Origin: a bacterium
GTDB taxonomy: Bacteria; Oederibacteriota; JAJYGY01
Assembly (NCBI GenBank): GCA_021790555.1
Contig: JAJYGY010000071.1
Location: 1 to 27,363 of the forward strand
Length of the DNA stretch: 27,363 bases
Direction of reading: 5' to 3'
The notes beneath the pieces are model-generated. The model was not told the origin of the DNA. It was given only the letters and a program-made list of their open reading frames with translations, and did not search any database. The position numbers were made by a program, and so were the translations under genes. Below are positions 24,582-27,363 of this stretch, one piece after another (position 1 is the first letter of the stretch; each line of letters begins with the position of its first letter).

Positions 24582-26162
24582 ATGGACCATCCTCGCCTCA
24601 TCGCCGCCCTCCTGGCCGCGGCCCTCTGCCTTCCCTGGCGCGCCCTGCGCGCCGGGTCCGAAAGCGTGGGCACCACCGCCGCCGCCTTCCTGAAGCTGGG
24701 CTCGGGCGCCCGTTCGGCGGCCCTGGGGGACGCCGTGGTGGCGCTGGCGGACGACGCCAGCGGCCTTTCCTTCAACCCCGCCGGCATGTCGCAGATGCTT
24801 CAGGGGGAGGTCCAGGGCACCCACGTGCAGTGGTTCCAGGGCCTCACCTACGAAAGCCTCAACGGGGTCTTCCCGCTGGGCAGCCTGGGCGCGGTGGGCT
24901 CCAGCCTGGACGCCCTGGTGACGCCCCCCATGGAGCGCACCATCCAGGTGGCCCAGACCTCCGATCCCTCGCGCAACTACGTGGGTCTGGACACCTTCAG
25001 CCCCTTCGACCTGGAAGCCGCCTTCTTCTATTCCCAGGCCCTGGCGCCCCAGCTGCTGGGAGGGGCCGGTTTCAAGGTGCTCAACCAGGACCTGGCCGGT
25101 CAGGACGCCTTCAGCGTGGCCTTCGACTTCGGCGCCATCCTGCGCACGCCCCTGGCCGGGCTTCAGGCCGGCCTGGCCCTGCAGAACCTGGGCACGCCGG
25201 TCAAGCTCCAGGACCAGGCCTTCTCCCTGCCCACCCTGCTGCGCGCCGGCCTGTCCCAGTCCCTTTTCCGGGACCGGGTCCACGCCCTGGCCGAGGTCGA
25301 CCTGCCTTTCGACAACAGCCCGGTCCTGGCCCTGGGCCTGGAGGCCGAGCTGGCCGGCACCTTTTACCCGCGCGTGGGCTGGCGCGAGGACGGCCTTTTC
25401 AACCCCTGGTCCGCGGGCCTGGGGGTGGACCTGAGCCCCTGGCGCGTGGACCTTTCGGTGACGCCCCTGGGCGACCTGGGCCTGACCAGCCGGGCCTCCT
25501 TGAGCTACCTTTTCGGCGGCCCCTCGGCCTGGCTGGCATCGGACCGGCCGGCCCTGTCGTCGCTTTCTCCGGATTCGCCGGCGGTGATGCGGGTGATGGC
25601 CACCGCGCCCGACAAGGTGGGCGCCTGGGCCCTGTACCTCTACGACGCGCGCTCCCGCATCGTCCGGAGCCTCCAGGGCCACGGGCCCCCGCCGCGCGAG
25701 CTTTCCTGGAACGGCGCGCTTTCCACCGGGCTTCCGGCCCCCGAGGGGACCTACAAGGCCGTGCTGTCGCTGCGCTACGCCGAAGGGGGGGTGGTGTATT
25801 CCCCGCCCCTGGCCCTGCGGGTGGACAACCGCGCCCCCCGGCTGGCCTTCCAGGCCAGGCCGGATTCGCTGGCCCCGGGCGGCGGCACGGTCTACGTGCC
25901 GGCCTACTTCACCCCGCGCGCCCTCAACGGCGTCGCCTGCGCCGAATGGAAGCTGAAGGTGCTGGACGCTTCCGGCAGGACCTTCCGCACGCTCGAGGGC
26001 GGGGGCGGGCTGCCCGACGTCATCGCCTGGGACGGCCGGGGCGACGGCGGCCAGGAGTACGTGTCGGACAGGGACTACACCTTCGTCTTCAGCGCCACCG
26101 ACGTGCTGGGCCGCCGGGGCCAGGCCCCGCCCCTGACGCTGAGGGCCGTCTTCAGGCAGTGA
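24582..26162 (+). CDS. PorV/PorQ-family beta-barrel (paralog 3) fused to two FlgD-Ig-like modules
   Basis: AAFLKLGSGARSAALG...NPAGM, QWFQG; barrel ends PLGDLGLTSRASLSYLF (25514); then WNG...G.PAPEGTY and IAWDGRGDGG..Y..F motifs. Confidence 0.8.
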   Translation: MDHPRLIAALLAAALCLPWRALRAGSESVGTTAAAFLKLGSGARSAALGDAVVALADDASGLSFNPAGMSQMLQGEVQGTHVQWFQGLTYESLNGVFPLGSLGAVGSSLDALVTPPMERTIQVAQTSDPSRNYVGLDTFSPFDLEAAFFYSQALAPQLLGGAGFKVLNQDLAGQDAFSVAFDFGAILRTPLAGLQAGLALQNLGTPVKLQDQAFSLPTLLRAGLSQSLFRDRVHALAEVDLPFDNSPVLALGLEAELAGTFYPRVGWREDGLFNPWSAGLGVDLSPWRVDLSVTPLGDLGLTSRASLSYLFGGPSAWLASDRPALSSLSPDSPAVMRVMATAPDKVGAWALYLYDARSRIVRSLQGHGPPPRELSWNGALSTGLPAPEGTYKAVLSLRYAEGGVVYSPPLALRVDNRAPRLAFQARPDSLAPGGGTVYVPAYFTPRALNGVACAEWKLKVLDASGRTFRTLEGGGGLPDVIAWDGRGDGGQEYVSDRDYTFVFSATDVLGRRGQAPPLTLRAVFRQ

Positions 26163-26184
26163 CCGCATTCCAAAAGGAGGCAGC

Positions 26185-26541
26185 ATGATCCGCAGACTTT
26201 CCGATCTCGTCCCCCAGGCCGGCGAAAACCTGCGCGGGGGCAGGGGCAGGGGCCATTCCCAGGTGTTCTTCCAGCGCGGCGAGTTCTCCACCCCGCTCAC
26301 CGCCTTCAACGTGCTCACCCTGGATCCGGGCGCCTCGGTGGGCCGGCACCAGCACGTCGGCTCCGAGGAGGTCTACTGGGTGCTGGAAGGCACCGGGCTG
26401 GCCGAGGACGACGACCGCGGGGTGGAGTTGAAGGTGGGCGACGCCCTGCTCACCGGCGACGGACACTGGCATTCCATCCAAAACCCCGGGCCCGGACCCC
26501 TCAGGATCCTGACGGTGCTGTCCGAAAAATCCAGGCCCTGA
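26185..26541 (+). CDS. Cupin domain protein
   Basis: [21 protein letters not shown] and GDALLT..G.WHSI.N cupin motifs. RBS AAGGAGG. Confidence 0.88.
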   Translation: MIRRLSDLVPQAGENLRGGRGRGHSQVFFQRGEFSTPLTAFNVLTLDPGASVGRHQHVGSEEVYWVLEGTGLAEDDDRGVELKVGDALLTGDGHWHSIQNPGPGPLRILTVLSEKSRP

Positions 26542-26561
26542 ACCCCAGGAAAGGAGATCCC

Positions 26562-27011
26562 TTGGAAACCATCCGAGTGCAGGTGCAAAGGTTGAATCCC
26601 TCCGGCCCGGAGCTGCCCGCCTACGCCACGCCCGGCAGCGCCGGCATGGACCTGCGGGCCGCCATCGACAAGGCCTGGACCCTGGCCCCGGGCGGACGCC
26701 GGCTGATCCCCACGGGCCTGGCCCTGGCCATTCCCGAGGGTTTCGAGGCCCAGGTGCGCCCGCGCAGCGGCCTGGCCCTGAAGCATGGCGTGACGGTGCT
26801 CAACAGCCCGGGCACCATCGACAGCGACTACCGCGGCGAGGTCGGCGTCATCCTGGCCAACCTGGGAGGCGAAGATTTCGTGGTGCAGCCCGGGGACCGC
26901 GTGGCCCAGCTGGTCTTCTCGCCCGTGGCCCGCGCCCAGTGGGAGGCCAGGGAAGGCCTGGACGCGACGACGCGCCAGGCCGGAGGGTTCGGCCACACGG
27001 GCCGGGGCTGA
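26562..27011 (+). CDS. dut: dUTP diphosphatase
   Basis: [48 protein letters not shown] precedes TTG. Confidence 0.95.
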   Translation: METIRVQVQRLNPSGPELPAYATPGSAGMDLRAAIDKAWTLAPGGRRLIPTGLALAIPEGFEAQVRPRSGLALKHGVTVLNSPGTIDSDYRGEVGVILANLGGEDFVVQPGDRVAQLVFSPVARAQWEAREGLDATTRQAGGFGHTGRG

Positions 27012-27060
27012 TTCTAATTTATTTGTTAGTTTCATTTTTGACACATAGCGTTTTTGCCAC

Positions 27061-27069
27061 TGTGGATAA
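27061..27069 (-). promoter_or_regulatory. Consensus DnaA box (single)
   Basis: TGTGGATAA is the reverse complement of TTATCCACA. Confidence 0.45.
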
Positions 27070-27142
27070 CTTGCGCCAAAAGGCGGACCCGGCCGCCATA
27101 ATTTCTGAAATTCATATCCTTCAAACAAAACGGAATTTCATA

Positions 27143-27170
27143 TTGACAATATAAACAAAATACCTATACT
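27143..27170 (+). promoter_or_regulatory. Strong sigma70-type promoter for the small ORF
   Basis: TTGACA (27143-27148), 16 nt, TATACT (27165-27170), with AT-rich sequence upstream. Confidence 0.75.
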
Positions 27171-27226
27171 ACGTATTGCGGTGTTTGAAAGAACACACAC
27201 ATCATCTTAGGGAGGGGGGGATTTCA

Positions 27227-27268
27227 TTGGCGACCAAGAAAAAGGCCAAGAAGAAGAAGAAGAAATAA
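27227..27268 (+). CDS. 13-aa lysine-rich small protein MATKKKAKKKKKK
   Basis: AGGGAGGGGGGG RBS (27209-27220), 6-nt spacer, TTG start, 9 Lys codons, TAA at 27266-27268; bracketed by a promoter and a terminator. Confidence 0.7.
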   Translation: MATKKKAKKKKKK

Positions 27269-27293
27269 CGCATTAAAATTCACCGATGTCATC

Positions 27294-27333
27294 AAAGCTA
27301 TGCCCCGTTGTGAAACGGGGCATAGCTTTTTTT
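27294..27333 (+). terminator. Intrinsic terminator
   Basis: Perfect 16-bp stem AAAGCTATGCCCCGTT / AACGGGGCATAGCTTT, GTGA (GNRA) loop, T7 tract at 27327-27333. Confidence 0.9.
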
Positions 27334-27363
27334 ATGCCTTTTTAAAATAAAACCTAGCAGATT

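Noticed and set aside
27099-27113. CodY-box resemblance of the palindrome
   Set aside because: Four mismatches to AATTTTCWGAAAATT, and CodY is typical of low-GC Firmicutes, which does not fit this high-GC diderm gene content.
26939-27154. 71-aa ORF in the track crossing the dut stop
   Set aside because: It overlaps dut out of frame, runs through AT-rich regulatory sequence and has no RBS or recognisable motif.
27012-27363. Calling this region oriC, or an rRNA/tRNA promoter region
   Set aside because: Only one consensus DnaA box is visible, with no dnaA, dnaN or gidA neighbour in the window. No tRNA cloverleaf or rRNA sequence follows the promoter before the terminator.

Overview
High-GC (roughly 70% by eye, not computed) bacterial chromosomal segment from a diderm organism, devoted mainly to cell-surface glycosylation and outer-membrane protein export. 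The glycosylation genes are three GT2 polyprenol-phosphate glycosyltransferases, two GT-C membrane glycosyltransferases (ArnT/PMT-like plus PA14, and YfhO-like), a flippase-like membrane protein, three extended SDR enzymes, a flavoprotein and two B12-binding radical SAM enzymes. Interleaved with them are three PorV/PorQ-like beta-barrel paralogs, two secreted proteins ending in a T9SS-CTD/FlgD-Ig-like domain (one with Thr/Pro/Ser repeat tracts), pilT, a cNMP-binding protein, cutA, a cupin and dut. This gene style suggests candidate division FCPU426 or a similar uncultured lineage (inference only). Two elements are missing from the ORF track. One is a decayed RelE-toxin C-terminal relic at 11366-11446. 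The other is a self-contained transcription unit at 27143-27333 (promoter, RBS, 13-codon ORF MATKKKAKKKKKK, 16-bp terminator). No rRNA, tRNA, CRISPR array, integrase or transposase was seen. All product calls come from motif recognition, not database searches.
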